From Raillietiella orientalis (Eukaryota): a DNA stretch of 64,000 bases. The stretch's first letter is position 1. Every line of letters starts with the position of its first letter. Below are positions 25,600-38,399 of this stretch, one piece after another. The position numbers were made by a program, and so were the translations under genes. The DNA is taken from the NCBI GenBank assembly GCA_036172245.1, contig JAYWIR010000007.1, forward strand, positions 3,224,001 to 3,288,000. The letters run 5' to 3'. Under the pieces are notes generated by a model that was not told the origin of the DNA, did no database searches, and worked only from the letters and a program-made list of their open reading frames with translations.

Positions 25600-28500
25600 T
25601 CCTATTTTCCCTTCTCTCCGCCGAAGACTGAGGTTCAGGAAGTTTTTCCCGCGGCGGTCTCTTCTCCCGAGGACTTCTCCCAAACTAGCCCGTCGGACGC
25701 TCCCTTCCGATTCCCTGTACTCCTTGGAGCGCGTCTCCCTGGAAGCTCACCTGTCTGAGAAAAGCACCTGCTTGCTCCCCCCCCCCTCCTTCTCTCGCTC
25801 CCGCATTCGCGGCAGTCTGGCTCTGTCCGCCGATCTCATTTCTTCCTCGATTTCCTTTTGCTCCTCCAAGCAGTCAAGAACCGTTGCTCCACCCCCTAGG
25901 GGCAGAAAACGCCGCCATGCAGGAGGTTCACGAAGCTCTCCGCCCGCCCGCCACACACCCGAGGTGAGCGTGCAGCGGCCAGGAGGGGACCACTCCCAGT
26001 TCCCGTCTGCTGGTCCGTGGAGCATCCAGCTGCGGTCGCGAGCGCCTCCCACCGATGCATGCCCGAAGCCTGGAGCCGGTCTTCATGCGCGTGGCCTCGA
26101 AACCCACGGCTCGTCCGACTTCATGGAACCCAGAGAGCGAGGAGTCGCGGGCGGAGACCGAGGCCACATAGAGGTCACCGACTCGGGCCCTGTGGCCGCG
26201 CTGTCAACTTCTACCTCTTCGAGCAGCAGGGAAGCCTCCCAGGGAAGGCGGGGGAGCTCCCGTACCCAGAGCTTCCTCGAACCCGGATCGCAGCTGCCTC
26301 CCTAGGCGTTTTCCTTGACTTCCTCATTGCACGGTCCGAATCCGCTTCTCCCTTGGACGCCAACCCCACTTCGCGCCGCTTCCTCCAGCGCGAACGAGGC
26401 ACTTGACGCCTCTCCTCCGCCATTGCTAAGGACAACAGCGACAGGAACGAGGTGCGCACGCGCGCAGGTTCGCTCCCTCCCCTGTTACGCCGTCACCGTT
26501 ACCATCATCCCCGTCGAAGCCATTCAATGCCGTTATTAACGTCATTCGTTGTAGGAGACCTTGTACATCCCCTCTCCATACGGGCCACCGTTCTGTCGTA
26601 CCTCTTCTGGATGATCCTTTCCTCGCACCAGATGCAAGACGTAAAGATGAGGCTGAAAGAAGTCTTCCCGCGCCATGTTCCCTCTCCACGTGCAGTCGGC
26701 GCCATCCCTGGAGCGCTCTGCCAGCGAACGGACCGCGTTTCATGGATAAATTTGCGACCTTGGGGGTCTGGATTTGCATCACTGAACAGGGGATGCGCCC
26801 AAGCGCGCGCGAGGCTGTCACACGACAGAAGACGGGTCTTCCTTGTTGCTCCCGGAGCCTTTCCACGAGTGAATCTCCTGCTCCCTCGCATGGCACGGTG
26901 TGCCTGTTCGAGATCGCATCCCCAGTCGCGATTCCGGGACTGTCTTTCCTCAAAGGTCCGTAGCACGTCCACTCCGGCGCGACGCTGGTCTTCCCTCTGC
27001 TCAACCACTCCTGACATCACTGCTGATCACACGGAAGTTGGATCCGATGGATCCTGGCAGGATTGCTCCCAAATCCTTATCCGTCGGCGCCGCGCTCAGG
27101 CTCTTCCTCTCCGAGGCCCGTAGTGTTTGAGGGGAGAAGTCTTGTGCAACAGGTTAGATTGACAGATTAGAGCAAATGCCTTGGGATGAAACGCTTCCAT
27201 CCCCGGATAAATTCGCGAGCTCGAATCACGTCTCCGAGAGACCTGCGTAACTTGCCTTTCAGGAACCATCTTTCTCATCTTCAACCAGATCTGTAGCAAA
27301 GACCACGTTTCTGGGGCCTGCTCGAATCCAGATATCGGGTCTTCTCTTTGCAGTGTTTGGTTGTCCTTCAAGTGTTCCAAAGCTTTTCTGATGCGTTGCT
27401 CCTGGCTGTCTCCTCTGCATTTGAGTTCCTCGATTCTCACCACCAGATGGCTCATATTTTCTGACATCGCCTGCGTCCTCTTCTCTTCGTGTCTGTAGCC
27501 TGCCATCATCGGAAGGGCGATTCTCGAGTTCCAGACGACCTTGACCTTACTCTTGACCTTGAAATCGCCGGCCTCCAACTTGCACCCTCCTCTTCTTAGA
27601 AGAACTGTTCTGCAACCGCTAACGGTAAGTGTGCGATGCGAAAGGGGAAACCGCTTTGGAGGTTTGCAGCAGCCGCAGTGCTTTCCTGACCGGGTGCCTG
27701 CCTTGCTCCAGGGTCATGGACGCCTATTCTTCTTGCTCCCTCTGTGGAGGAGGAGCTATGTAACTGTCAAGAGACCTCTTGACCAATGACCGCGGTCTCT
27801 TTCTTCAGCTTACTTCTGTGAGGCCGGAGAACGAGAGATCATGGCTTCCTAGTTTCGGGGACATTCGACACAGCGATTGTCCCTAAAGGACAGGACAACC
27901 AAACCTCTGATCTTACTTCTGTTCTCCTTTACTTCGCCAAGGGGAGAGAACGGCTTTCAGGAGCTGCAAACAGCAATACAGCTGGCTGGGTGAATGGAAG
28001 GGGCTCGACCGCCTTCTATCCTTGACCATCGCCCACATCAGAAGGTCATTCTCAGAATGGGGCACCCTTTCCCGTTTTGTTCTACATGCCAACATCGAAA
28101 CGCGGACACGCTCGAGCATCCGTTCAGTCTCTCGTCTTCAATCTCTGGAACATTGTGAAAGTACTCAAAGAACTCCAGCATTAACCAAAGCTCCAAATAT
28201 TTGCGTTATAGCCAAGAGCACAGTGACCGACTGATGCATGAGGATGTCATTCGCCTTGTCGTTTGAGATAAACGCCCCAGAAGTGAGGTGGATGAAGAGC
28301 CCAGCTACTTCCGCCTCTGGATTAGCGTTGCAAAGCTTCCGATGTCGTTCCAACATTGAAATTCTATTGGAAGACCAAGGAAGGAAAAATGGAGTAGAGA
28401 GTTCATTGTTCGTCTGCGGCTTATCTGTAGTAAATAGAAAGGGACGTTTACTCCGCTGATTCACAGACAAATGAGGAAACGAAGTCACCGCTCCTGTAGC

Positions 28501-29350
28501 CATGAACTGGTACCGAATATCAACAGAATTTTTCGCTCACTCGCCGTATTCATCCTCCCCATCTTTGTTCCATAATTCTTTTCTCATCTTGTTGTGATAA
28601 TTCACGAAAGACGAGGTGTTGGAATTTATTGGTGATGGAAGACGGAGCACTATTTTAGATGGGGCACTGCGTCATACACTGCCACTTTTTGCATAGACTT
28701 CCGAAAAACTTGATTGCTTTCAAAAGTACGGCTCTTTTCTTCTTCTATTGCTTTTTTTTTCTTTGATTACTTGGATGATCTTTGAATGTTGGTAGTTTGG
28801 AGTGAGCGTAGCAATCGGGCCTTCATCTGATAACTGGCTGGGCATCAAAGCAGCAACGCCTTTCGGCTCACATTCATCTCTGTCTACTCGAACGAGAATT
28901 AAAGAGTGCTTAAACTCAGTAAATGGATTTCTCCGTTTTACTCTTCAGCTCACGTCCTTCAGCTTTTTACTTGCTTGCCACTGTGTAGTCCATATTTCCT
29001 TTCTCTGCTGCTCATTGTATTGATGATCCGTTTTGATCCTTCACTGTTCTTCCTCCCTCTTTCATTCCCTTCAGTCCCTTTAGTGGGGCAGTGACAGATG
29101 TTCAAAAGTCGAGGGAGGTATGAATCGATCCCTTCTTCCCACATCCCTCAACTTGGACTTCCAATGTCCTTGATGAACTCAAATTGTTCTAGGAATAAGG
29201 AGAGAATAAGCTGAGTCACAATCCTGAGCATCACCGAGTAGATCCGTGAGCCAAGAGGCTGCCGGATGTTTTCTTGAGACGCTTCTTCGGGGATTGTCTT
29301 GGAGCATGAACTAGCAGTCTTTTCGCAGTTAATGGGCCGTTGCTTTAGTA
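25600..29350 (-). pseudogene. Endogenous viral element: bunyaviral L remnant (motif G plus probable C-terminal region)
   Basis: 'VDIRYQFMATGAVTSFPHLSVNQRSKRPF' (28524-28438) resembles hantavirus L '[29 protein letters not shown]'. Downstream are long minus-strand reading stretches including 'TFEERQ...CEGAG', which is cap-binding-domain-like. The extent is uncertain. Confidence 0.45.
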
Positions 29351-29779
29351 ACAACATGGCTACTTAGGGAGCACGTCAACGTGACGAATTAGGTCCTTTA
29401 CGTCATTCTAATTAACGAACCACAATGAAACGTTTTCGAGTCCACACCATGATGATTATTTTTAGAGCTCCTCCTCCAGTAGGCTCATCAGAGCGATAGA
29501 AAAGGTTTTCCTTCTTCCAATAGCTTCCTATGCTATATAGAAGTGTTGGCAAACAGGAATTTAGAAGTGCAGACGTATGGATGGAACACAGTATTGCCAG
29601 GTGCGATCCGATTCACCACTAGCCCGAAAGCAACGATACTCCAAAGACATTTGTTATCGCGCTATCTTTTGGATGAAACACATGGCAATCATTTCCAAAT
29701 ATATCTATATTCATGTGTGATCATTTGTGAACGGTAGGGTATCATTATCTGTAGTGAGCATCGTGTGCTGCTTTAAAAC

Positions 29780-30560
29780 CCGTGCAGGACATTTCGTCTC
29801 GTCCAAAGCGCTCACTGAGAGACATTTGATCCAAACCAAAAGGTCCTTGATATTTGGTCCTGTCCGAAAAGGTCCATGAGCGGATTTGTTCGATGGTTAA
29901 TAACAGACATTTAATTAAATAGAATTTCATTTACACTACTTTTATTGTAATTCATAATGAATTTTGGATTTTACTTTATCCTTGTTCATTCTCGTCATCA
30001 AGTTGAGCAAGGTCACTTTTAAGTCGATGTGCAATCGCTCTCAAGAATACGTCGACCTGATGGTTAGCTTTATATTCGTTATATAGCAATCTCGGTTATA
30101 TGTGTTCGCTTTTGTCGATGCCGAGGTGAAGTTGATGGCCGTATCTGATTGTAACTACCAAGAATCCAAGTGATGACTTGTCCATCGCTTTGCTGTTCCT
30201 CTTTTAACACTTTGATCAATGTTCCAATGGAAGGATGACGCACCACCATCAGCTTTTGAAATTTACTATGCCGCTCTTCCGCTGCGTTCTTTGTCTTGTC
30301 ATTACCGCTCGGTACTGATGTGTGGAATTCCAAGTTTCTGAAGGAAATATCGGAACTTCTGGTCTTCTTCTGCCTCTGCCACGCCGCCCGCGGACATGCA
30401 CCCTTTCAGCATAGTTGGAGGTGGGACCAATAGCAAGGACCATCTGCCGCAAATCAAACGTCTCGGTGGATCTTTTGAAAGGAACCAAATATCCGCTAAC
30501 CCTTTGAAACTTATCCCTACAAACATGGACTGTACTGAAAATTCGATTCATTTTTAAGGT
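29780..30560 (-). mobile_element. Mutator-like (MULE) DNA transposon remnant: transposase C-terminus and one terminal region
   Basis: 'RGRGRRRPEVPIFPSETWN...KTKNAAEERHSKFQKLMVVRHPSIGTLIKVLKEEQ' matches the RTNNxxEGWH...HPxIWxxIxxLKxEQ block of animal MULE transposases. GACATTT/AAAAGGTCC subrepeats lie at ~29788-29880. Confidence 0.75.
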
Positions 30561-30639
30561 TGAAATTTGGAATCGTTTTCGTGGCTATTCTTTGATTTTT
30601 TTGCTACTCGTCTTCATCAGGACTGCCTCGATGATGAAA

Positions 30640-31000
30640 TGGCTAGCATCCTACAAGACTGGCTGTCCTAGGTTTCAGAAGTGAGCAATCTGCTTGTCTC
30701 AACAGGAGCCACATGTTTGGAAGCTCCAAGCCTGCTGAGTAGACTTCTCTTCGAATAAACTCTCAAACTGTGAACTGTGCCACTGATAGATCGCATCTGA
30801 ACTAGCTGAGACAGCCTTCCTCTCTTCACCTTCTGGAGAGTTCCTCAAAACTTGCCGCTATCTCATTGGAAGCATTCCCCCGAATCACGAGCAACACTAG
30901 TGCACGTTTGCGTGTGTGTGTGTGTGTGTGATTTCACCCATAACTTCCCATTCACGAGTAACTCTGTCTGTGCAACACTCTGAGAGAAAGATGGAGCCAG
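30640..31000 (-). pseudogene. Endogenous viral element: third phenuivirus-like nucleoprotein remnant, interrupted by a (CA)n microsatellite
   Basis: 'TELLVNGKLWVK-[CA repeat]-RKRALVLLVIRGN...SPEG..RKAV...LLSRLGAS' compared with RVFV N '[28 protein letters not shown]...SKEGKATV...TLSRVAAA'. Confidence 0.5.
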
Positions 31001-31389
31001 AGGAATGAATCTCTCGAAGCGGCCTCCGAGCAAAATCTGCCTTTGAAGAGGAATGGCCAGCTAAGCAGATGAAAGAGGTCAGAAGCTTCGCGCTCTTACT
31101 GCATATTACGGAGCCGCTGCGTGTCCATTTCCTTTGTCGTGACCCTGCAAGAGAATGGTTTCCGTTCCTGGCAAGAAGCTCGACCACTTGCAGGAGTTCG
31201 ATTGCTCATCCTGAGGAAGATGCAGCACAGATGGAACACTGGGTTGTATTCTCGTGAGAAGAATACAGTTGGAAGAGCAGAGCGGAAATGAGAACGTTGT
31301 TTTTTTCTCACTTCAGAAAGGCATCCCGTAAAGCTGATGCTTTTTTTTTTTTTTTTGGCCGAAGCAACAGAGTTGTATTGGTCAGGCAG

Positions 31390-31740
31390 CTCGTCGACTC
31401 GTGACCGTCGTTGGCTCATCATCGTATGGGGTCATCTCCGTGTCTTCGCCACATCGCCGTGTCCTTGCCTGACAGACGTGGATTCGGCTGATCACCACGT
31501 CGTCGCTTCATCATTAAACCTTCGGCTCAGTGCCCGGTCGTTGGCCGATCATCGTGTCGCCGACTCATCACCGTGCCTACGAACGTAAGTTGTAGCGCTG
31601 ACGCATGTTCGCCTCATCCTGTTGTCTCTGACTAATCATCGTGACGTCAACTGATTTCTGTGTCGCCGGCTCATCTCGGGAGCATCGGCTGATCGCTGTC
31701 TCGATGTCTGATCATTGCATGGTCACCTCATCTGCATGTG
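31390..31740. repeat. Degenerate 19-bp minisatellite (consensus ~TCGGCTCATCACCGTGTCG)
   Basis: Consecutive 19-nt units TCGGCTGATCACCACGTCG / TCGCTTCATCATTAAACCT / TCGGCTCAGTGCCCGGTCG / TTGGCCGATCATCGTGTCG, with another run at ~31629-31740. Confidence 0.75.
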
Positions 31741-33239
31741 AAGCCTCCAGTCGATGTCTCGCCTGCGGCACTTCCTCGCAGCTCCAACGGGTTTCGGTGC
31801 TGTCGTCAATGTTCCAAGCAGGTGGGGATTTCTTGCCTGTCGATGGCTACTTCCAGTTACACGCTGGATGAAATAGGTATTTCGAGGGCGCCACTTTGGA
31901 GGAATACGCCAAGGCTCCTTCCTCACCCAACAGTACTGTGTCTCTTCGCGAACGGAGGAACACTGGAGTTTCTCCATCGTGCAAGGACCCGAATCCTTAG
32001 CCCCTGATTAAATAACTACCATTTGCAGATGAAACACGACTGCTTTTCACTTCCACTCGAGACTGATTGATAAAAAATTCACAAAGAAGCAGTCACACTC
32101 CATCGTTCCCTGCGCCACTGGGCTGGACTGTGTGATGCCATGGGTTGCAGATTAATTTATGTCCTTTTAAACACTGGCTTATACATGTGAAATGGTGTGG
32201 AGAGAGATCCAAAATTCTATCACAATTATGGATTCTCATTCTCGCAATTACTAATTTTCATTGATTCCTGTTAATGAATTCATGCGCACAGCTTTTGCTG
32301 CATTTTTGCTTGCTGTATGACAAAATATTGTAGATCCTCGTGATTTATCAGTATTCTGCACACTTGTGGCATCCATAACTCAAAGCTAGTAATCTCTTCT
32401 GAAGGTAGAATTATAGATGTTTCATGAAAGGTCTGGCTTAATGCAGATATATTTGATTAAATTATAATTAGTTAATCAAATATATTTATATAATACAATT
32501 TATTTTGGGTTACATTTTTATGTGCACAAATAAACACGATAATCTAACATCTAAGACATTCCTTCGCCTCTTATCGATCCTTGATTCCATCCACTGACAC
32601 TTCAATAGGATAGTCCACGCTGATTTCTAAGCACTGCGGGAAGGATTTCAGAGTTCATTTCTCACTCGGAAAACAGCCATAGAGCTGCCGTCAGCTAGCA
32701 TCCCCTCTTTTCAAATTAAAAATTAACATGTCCCATTGCTTTGCAGCAGCATTGCTCTCATTTCGTGATTTCGTGGAACCCTGCCTGCTTCCTAAAGCCG
32801 TGATTTCGTAGTCTTACGTTCTTTTTAATCACCTCTCCCACTCTTCAAAAAATGGCTTTTCAGGGAGCGGCTTTGTGAACCTGCCACCTTTGAACCTTCG
32901 TGGGTTTCGGGTCCCAACGACGACTTGCAGCAAGAGCAGTGAGATCATTCTATGACCCCTTTTCTTTCCTCAGATCCCGGCTGTTATTTTTCAACTCCTT
33001 GACGAGAGGTCCTTTCCTTCCAGCATCCAGAAAAACACCTCTGATGTCCTCGTGACAGAGTAGAGCGAGAGATTAGGAACGCGCAATTGAACTAAGAGGA
33101 AAAGAAAGCTTTGGTTGATTCCTATTGATTTTTCCGATTAGAAAAGGACAAGATCCCTTGTGCATTTTATCGTCACTTCGCAAAACCCCATCGACCTCAT
33201 CCTGAACTCTGCCCCTATCTGGACCGATGGCACGACTCA

Positions 33240-33780
33240 TACCAGTAAGTTACAAAAAGAGTCCAGGGGCGGAAACGAACCCCAGGACGCGCGCGGGAGC
33301 CGAGTATTTTGAAGCAAGCAGTTGCCGTTTGATCAGCGGCGCACCCGGGACGCACTCCACACACCAAGAGAAAACGTGGGGCGAACCGTGGATTTCCATG
33401 GAAACGCACCTCACGGAATCACAGTCCGATGAACTCATTGGCTGGATCGCTCCCTCGTTTGCCTCTTAAGAAGTTTTCTGATTTCTCCAGGAAGCGCAAC
33501 GTCCCCTGGCCACTGGAAGCGCAGCAGACCCATCCCTCACGATTGTGCCGTGCTTCGCTCGATGCGGTGGGCGCGCCTCGCTCTATTGCTGTGACGTGCC
33601 CTGCTCCGTTTTACTGCATGGGATGCTTTTCCTTTAGATCTGAGCAGGCTGCCACTTGTACCAAAGAGTTGTGTGCCGCACCCAATCATCAGTTCATCAA
33701 GGGCAGTGCCAAGTTTTCCCTCGATTACCACTTTAATGTCCTCATAATTGCCCGACTAATTATGCGGAAGCTGTCCTAGA
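33240..33780 (+). mobile_element. LINE reverse-transcriptase N-terminal remnant
   Basis: 'KKSPGAE' (KSPGxDG-like) followed at a plausible distance by 'HQFIKGS' (QxxFxKGR-like). Heavily frameshifted. Confidence 0.35.
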
Positions 33781-34869
33781 GCTCATCAGCCTTCAGGAGC
33801 AAAAGTCCTGCCCTCAAAAGAAAGACTTTTAGCGAAGGTAGGCGGGCAAATGAAGATAATCAAAAAGACGAATACTGCAGAGTGTTCTCCAAGTGCGAAT
33901 GTTTCTGCATCCTGCTCAAGAGATCAGCCTGATGATCATCTCGATAGGGGAGGCGTTGTAACAAGTCAAGTTCTAGCGATTAAAAATGAGCATCTGCATC
34001 TGGAGATTTCTTCGGAAGAGAATGCTACTGCTTGCAAGAAGCGTGAGAAGCTCAGCTTGACCTTCCGCCTCCCGCCCCATGAGTCGCCCTTCACCTTTCC
34101 CTGATTTACTCTAAGACCAACGTCAGGGAAACGAAGGGAGCAGTCCTGAATATACCTCCTGCTTCCTCGAGAATCTCTCTGTGGCTCAGCGAGTTGAGCA
34201 GCTCCAAGAATTCCGAAAGTTGAACACTTCTGGACACGTCTCCTTCTGGACTTCTCCTTCCTCTTGAGGGAAGCGTCCTGCAAGAGAATATTCCATCCAA
34301 TTTTGGCAGTCGATGTATGGGAGATTCTTCACAATCGTCTCTGTCTTGTTATACAAGGGGGAGCACGCTGGAAGCTGTCCAACCTCATCAATGACCGAAG
34401 ATGCGTTTCAAGAAAACGTCTCGACCACTGTGGATATCGATGCACATCACCTTCCACCCTTTCCTTCCTGATTTCTGGAGGCATGCGATGGATTTCAAGT
34501 TCTCTGTGCACCTTCTCTTTCTTTGGATCTCAGACTTCTAAAGGCATTGCTCTCAGCAGGGTTCGCGCTTCTCTGTGGACAGACAGAAAGAGCAGTCATT
34601 TCTTCACTTCGCTTCATTCCGAGGAAATGACGCATGCCCACGCAGGAAGGCAACGTCTACAGGATGATTTAACTTTCGTTCTGGAGCACGTATCCAATCA
34701 GTTCCCGCGTCGTCTCTCAAGGTGAGTGGGTTCGAAGCCACCAGATGGCAGCTGGTGGTCTCATCTTGCCTCCCTTACTTTCTTGATGAAGCGCGACGGA
34801 TGGTCACGTGTCCTCACAATGAAGTTGGAGTTTGGAAATTTTGCAAGGATATAAAACTTCGCATTCTGC

Positions 34870-36330
34870 TTACCCACTTCTCGTAGAAGCCGTCCGGGCA
34901 GTTGGGGTGGACTGCACCGCGCTTAAAGGTCGAAGTTTCACGGTTTCCACAGGGTCTCTGCTGCCACAAACGAGATGCGTGGGCCCACGGTGCCTACAGG
35001 GGACCTCGCGCCCCAACTGCCCCTTCTTCGCACCGGTGCTGCACTGCTCCAGGGCGCGCTTCCCGTTCTTTCTCCGGAAAAACGCCGGAGGCTTTTCACC
35101 TGGGCACCCAGTGGCGTTTCTCGGATAGGTGGTAAGGGCCTCGGTCATACCACGGCCACAGAACACGAGTGGTCCCTCCGAGATGCCGGCAAGCGGACCG
35201 GCAAGGGTCGTCTCGGCAGCAGGTGGAAGGGGACCGACGAAGGGAAAGAAGAAAATCAAAAAACAAATAAAAATATGGAAAACGAATTTACGGGTTTCAG
35301 GGCTCCATCCCATCTCGCCAACTCACTGCTCTCTGCAGGAAGCGGAGAATAGAGTGGATGGCGTCCCTATCGTGCCCTCCTCCTCTGGTTTGGCCCCAGG
35401 CCGCCACGATTCCCCGAAGGCGACAGAGAGATGCTAAGGAAGCGGCCAGCGGCAGTGCGTTCAGCCGCACGAAGTGGCAGCATCCTATTTTGGGGTTGCC
35501 ACAAGGGATCCTGAGGATCGTCGCAAAACGTTCCCGTAGGTGCCAGAGGGCAACAACTTTCCACAAGCAGGTGCAGGAAATATTCACGTTGTCCGCCGCA
35601 GTTCGAGTGCACACCCATCCCATCGCTCCCCGAGATGCCGGCGGGCGTTGCATGGAAGCAGAACCCGATGCACCAACAGAAGCGCCGACTCCTGCCAATC
35701 GGGAGGAGGGTACACGCTTCGGCTGTACATATACTGAGAATGGGAGGGGAACAGACGTGCCTGCTGCAGAGCACCGAAGGCTGCACGAGATCTCTACGGG
35801 GAATTTCCACTCCAGCACAGAAGTCCTTTTTGGTGGGTCACTTGGTGCAGCAGCAAGTCAGCTGGCCCGTGAAGCAGCCACCCAAAGGTTTCCTCCTGGA
35901 ATCCGTTTCGCAGGAGACTTCATATCTTGCCGGTAGGCTACTGCCTACAAGGAGGCCCACGTACCCGTCGTGAGATAAGCGATGATCTACTGGAGCGAGC
36001 AGCTATTGAAAAAGGAGTGCAGTGCTGTGAGAACTCGGAGCTCGGCTCGTTGATCTTCGCCTCCAAGAGCCGGAAGGCAAGACCGACCCTGTACCGACTA
36101 TGGGCTCGACGCTTGCATGCCACCCGTCTCCAGCCAGAGAGTCGTTTGCAGCTTCCCATGCCGCTGCCCTTTTGTTGTTGTCCACAGCAACCGACGACGC
36201 CACCTCTTGCTAGAGCTGCACCAGGAGCGCGCCGCAACCGGACCTTCGGATCATCTTAGCGGAGCCAGCTTAGCTTACGGAAGTTGGCCCACTGGGTGGC
36301 TCCGGCGATCCGCCGAAGGAAGCCTTTAGC
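34870..36330 (-). mobile_element. Degenerate L1/Tx1 3' fragment with long 3' extension (34935-35287, shared with 22140-22490)
   Basis: The zinc-knuckle/C-terminal ORF2 region ('LWHLRERFATILRIP...AASLASLCRLRG') is homologous to the other copies and is followed by a T-rich UTR. Confidence 0.75.
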
Positions 36331-36599
36331 GTTCGAGCATGCCGGACTTCTCGCCCACTTGAAGTATGAGGACAGGTCGAGGTCATTTTGCGTCCTCCAA
36401 CGGATGGCACTCCGTTCTCCTTCCGCGTCTACTAGCCCGATGATGATGGATGATGGTGGTGGTGGTTGTATACCGTGCTGGATAATCGATGATTTGTGAT
36501 GATGAGGAGCAGGTGGAGGATGAAGGAGAGGAGCTGTTTAGTGGTTCGATTTGGGTTTCGTTCCTGTTCTCAGCTCTTATGACCACTTGCAAGTCAAAC

Positions 36600-38390
36600 C
36601 GCTGCGGGCTACCGCCAGAGTTTTCTCTGGTTGCGTTCGGGTCAGGCAGAATTCATCCTCTCCTATAAGGGAGAGTTGTCTGACGCTTCTCTACTGCGAG
36701 CCAATAGATTTAATCAGGCAGCCTGTAAGAAGCAATTCCTGTCCATTTAAGAAATCCTTTAAGGAACCGTGCTCCGCACTGTGCAACTCGATTCTTACAA
36801 CCACATGCAGTGATGCCGTCCGCAGAAGTGTTGAGAGCGTAACCTGAAAATACCACGCAGAGACGTGATTATTCCACATACGACTAGTGAAGAATGCAAA
36901 AAACTCCTTCTAGATGAAACCTTCTTCGCGTGTTTGAATTTTTTCCGAAGCGAAAGGCGCCTGACCTCACGGAGGGCTCTTTGAATTTGAAACTGGGAGG
37001 AGAGGCAGATGGGAAAGTCTTTCAGGGATTCTGCGACATAACACAAAACGGAGGAGTTGCCATTCTTGTTTGACTACATGCCGATGTCCTCTGATGCACC
37101 ACCACGTGGAACTCTTCCATTGATCAGTCATGTCGACTTTCAAGTCGAACCCCCAATCAAAACTCTTTTAGCACCTTTATTTTTGTCCTCATTCGAAGGA
37201 TTCGAAGGAACAAATTGCACAGACTTGGCCGTGATGTGTGCAAGTGCTGGGATGGTGAAACCAATCCGATTCCAGATGGAGATCCGCAACGAGCGATGTG
37301 GAGTACTGAGTTCCCTGTTCTGCAGAATCTGATGGTGCAATCGTAAATCCTCTTTGGATTACCAGAGAGAACCAGAGGGACGGATGGAAAGTAGCAAAAC
37401 TGCTCTTGAGGTGGCTACCCAGAGAGAAAGCGCTGGAATAATGAGACGTTTCTGGAGTGGCAACACTGATGTGAATGGTGAGGGCACCACTGGAGCTTTC
37501 AAACGGTAGATCTGGACAGAAAGGCTGACCGGGAACCGTTTCGAGGAACCCCTACAAGGCGACTTGTGTGGCAGCAGCGGAAGTGCATGCCGAAGCAGCT
37601 TTTGAAGTGCCACAAAGAAAAACCTGAAGACATTCGCCTCTTGAATTTCAAACTCTGAATCAAGACTTGGATCCAATTCCTCCGCATCACTTTTGTGGAG
37701 GATGGTGGGCAGGAAAGGCAGCAATATACGAGAGCGTTCAACAGAATCGGATCGCAGAGAGTCATCTCCATGTTCGTAAGGCCGTGATTCTGGCAACATC
37801 TATAAAAAAATTCGGTTCACCCATCACTCGTAAAGAAGAAAGGAATCACAGGAAAGCAAGAAACACGGAGTAGAATTCGTAAGACGTGGTTCTCCCTTCT
37901 TTGAAAGTCCGTATGCAATCTGGATGATGAGCGGTTCCATTGAAAACTTGGGGATATTGCTCTGCTCTAATTTCTATCATTAATAGTGACGTCCCAGTGG
38001 AAAATAAAGTAGCAAAGTGTGCTGAAATTCTCCTTGCAGAATTCAATCAACGTACCGTTTGATTTCCGCATCTGTCCCTGGAGCATTATCGTGATGTCTA
38101 TCGTCGCTGTTCTACAAAGAGATCGCTTCATCATCGTTTCCAGAAGAAGCCTTCTTGCTCCGTTTCCTTCCCGTTTCATGATCTTCTTCAAAAAAAATAG
38201 CAATCCTAAATGTTGACTTGTGCAGCTATTTTTCCAAAAACTCAGTTTTCAAGTTTGAGATGGTTTGTGCCACTTTCTGTCACCTTGTGGTCTTGCATTT
38301 CGTCATGCTGATCTCCATTTTAATTGATATTCCTTCGGATGCTGGGTTCTTATGTAGCTTCCTCCTCATCATTCAGCTCTTGTTTTTTCC
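36600..38390 (-). pseudogene. Endogenous viral element: bunyaviral L polymerase core (motifs A-E) remnant
   Basis: In order: motif A 'NGD-(frameshift)-MTKC' (38319-38295), motif B 'MLQGQMRKSNG' (38086), an eroded motif C 'VTINDR' (~37990), motifs D/E 'CIRTFKEGRTTSYEFYSVF' (~37916-37860), then 'FLSSLRVMGEPNFFIDVA', which resembles hantavirus 'LLGSLSDLPGLGYFDDLA'. A-B spacing is ~77 codons. Confidence 0.6.
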
Positions 38391-38399
38391 GATGATTAC

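Noticed and set aside
22600..26400. Numerous long overlapping ORFs (up to 351 aa)
   Set aside because: They are Arg/Pro/Ser/Gly-rich products expected from GC-rich DNA in several frames, with no recognisable domain.
31390..31740. CRISPR-like array
   Set aside because: The units are contiguous with no unique spacers, there are no cas genes, and the context is eukaryotic.
37140..37300. Minus-strand 'LRISIWNRIGFTIP...LIGGST', resembling mononegaviral PRNTase motifs A/B
   Set aside because: No HR motif follows, and the upstream sequence carries bunyaviral-type motifs A-E, so the resemblance is probably chance.
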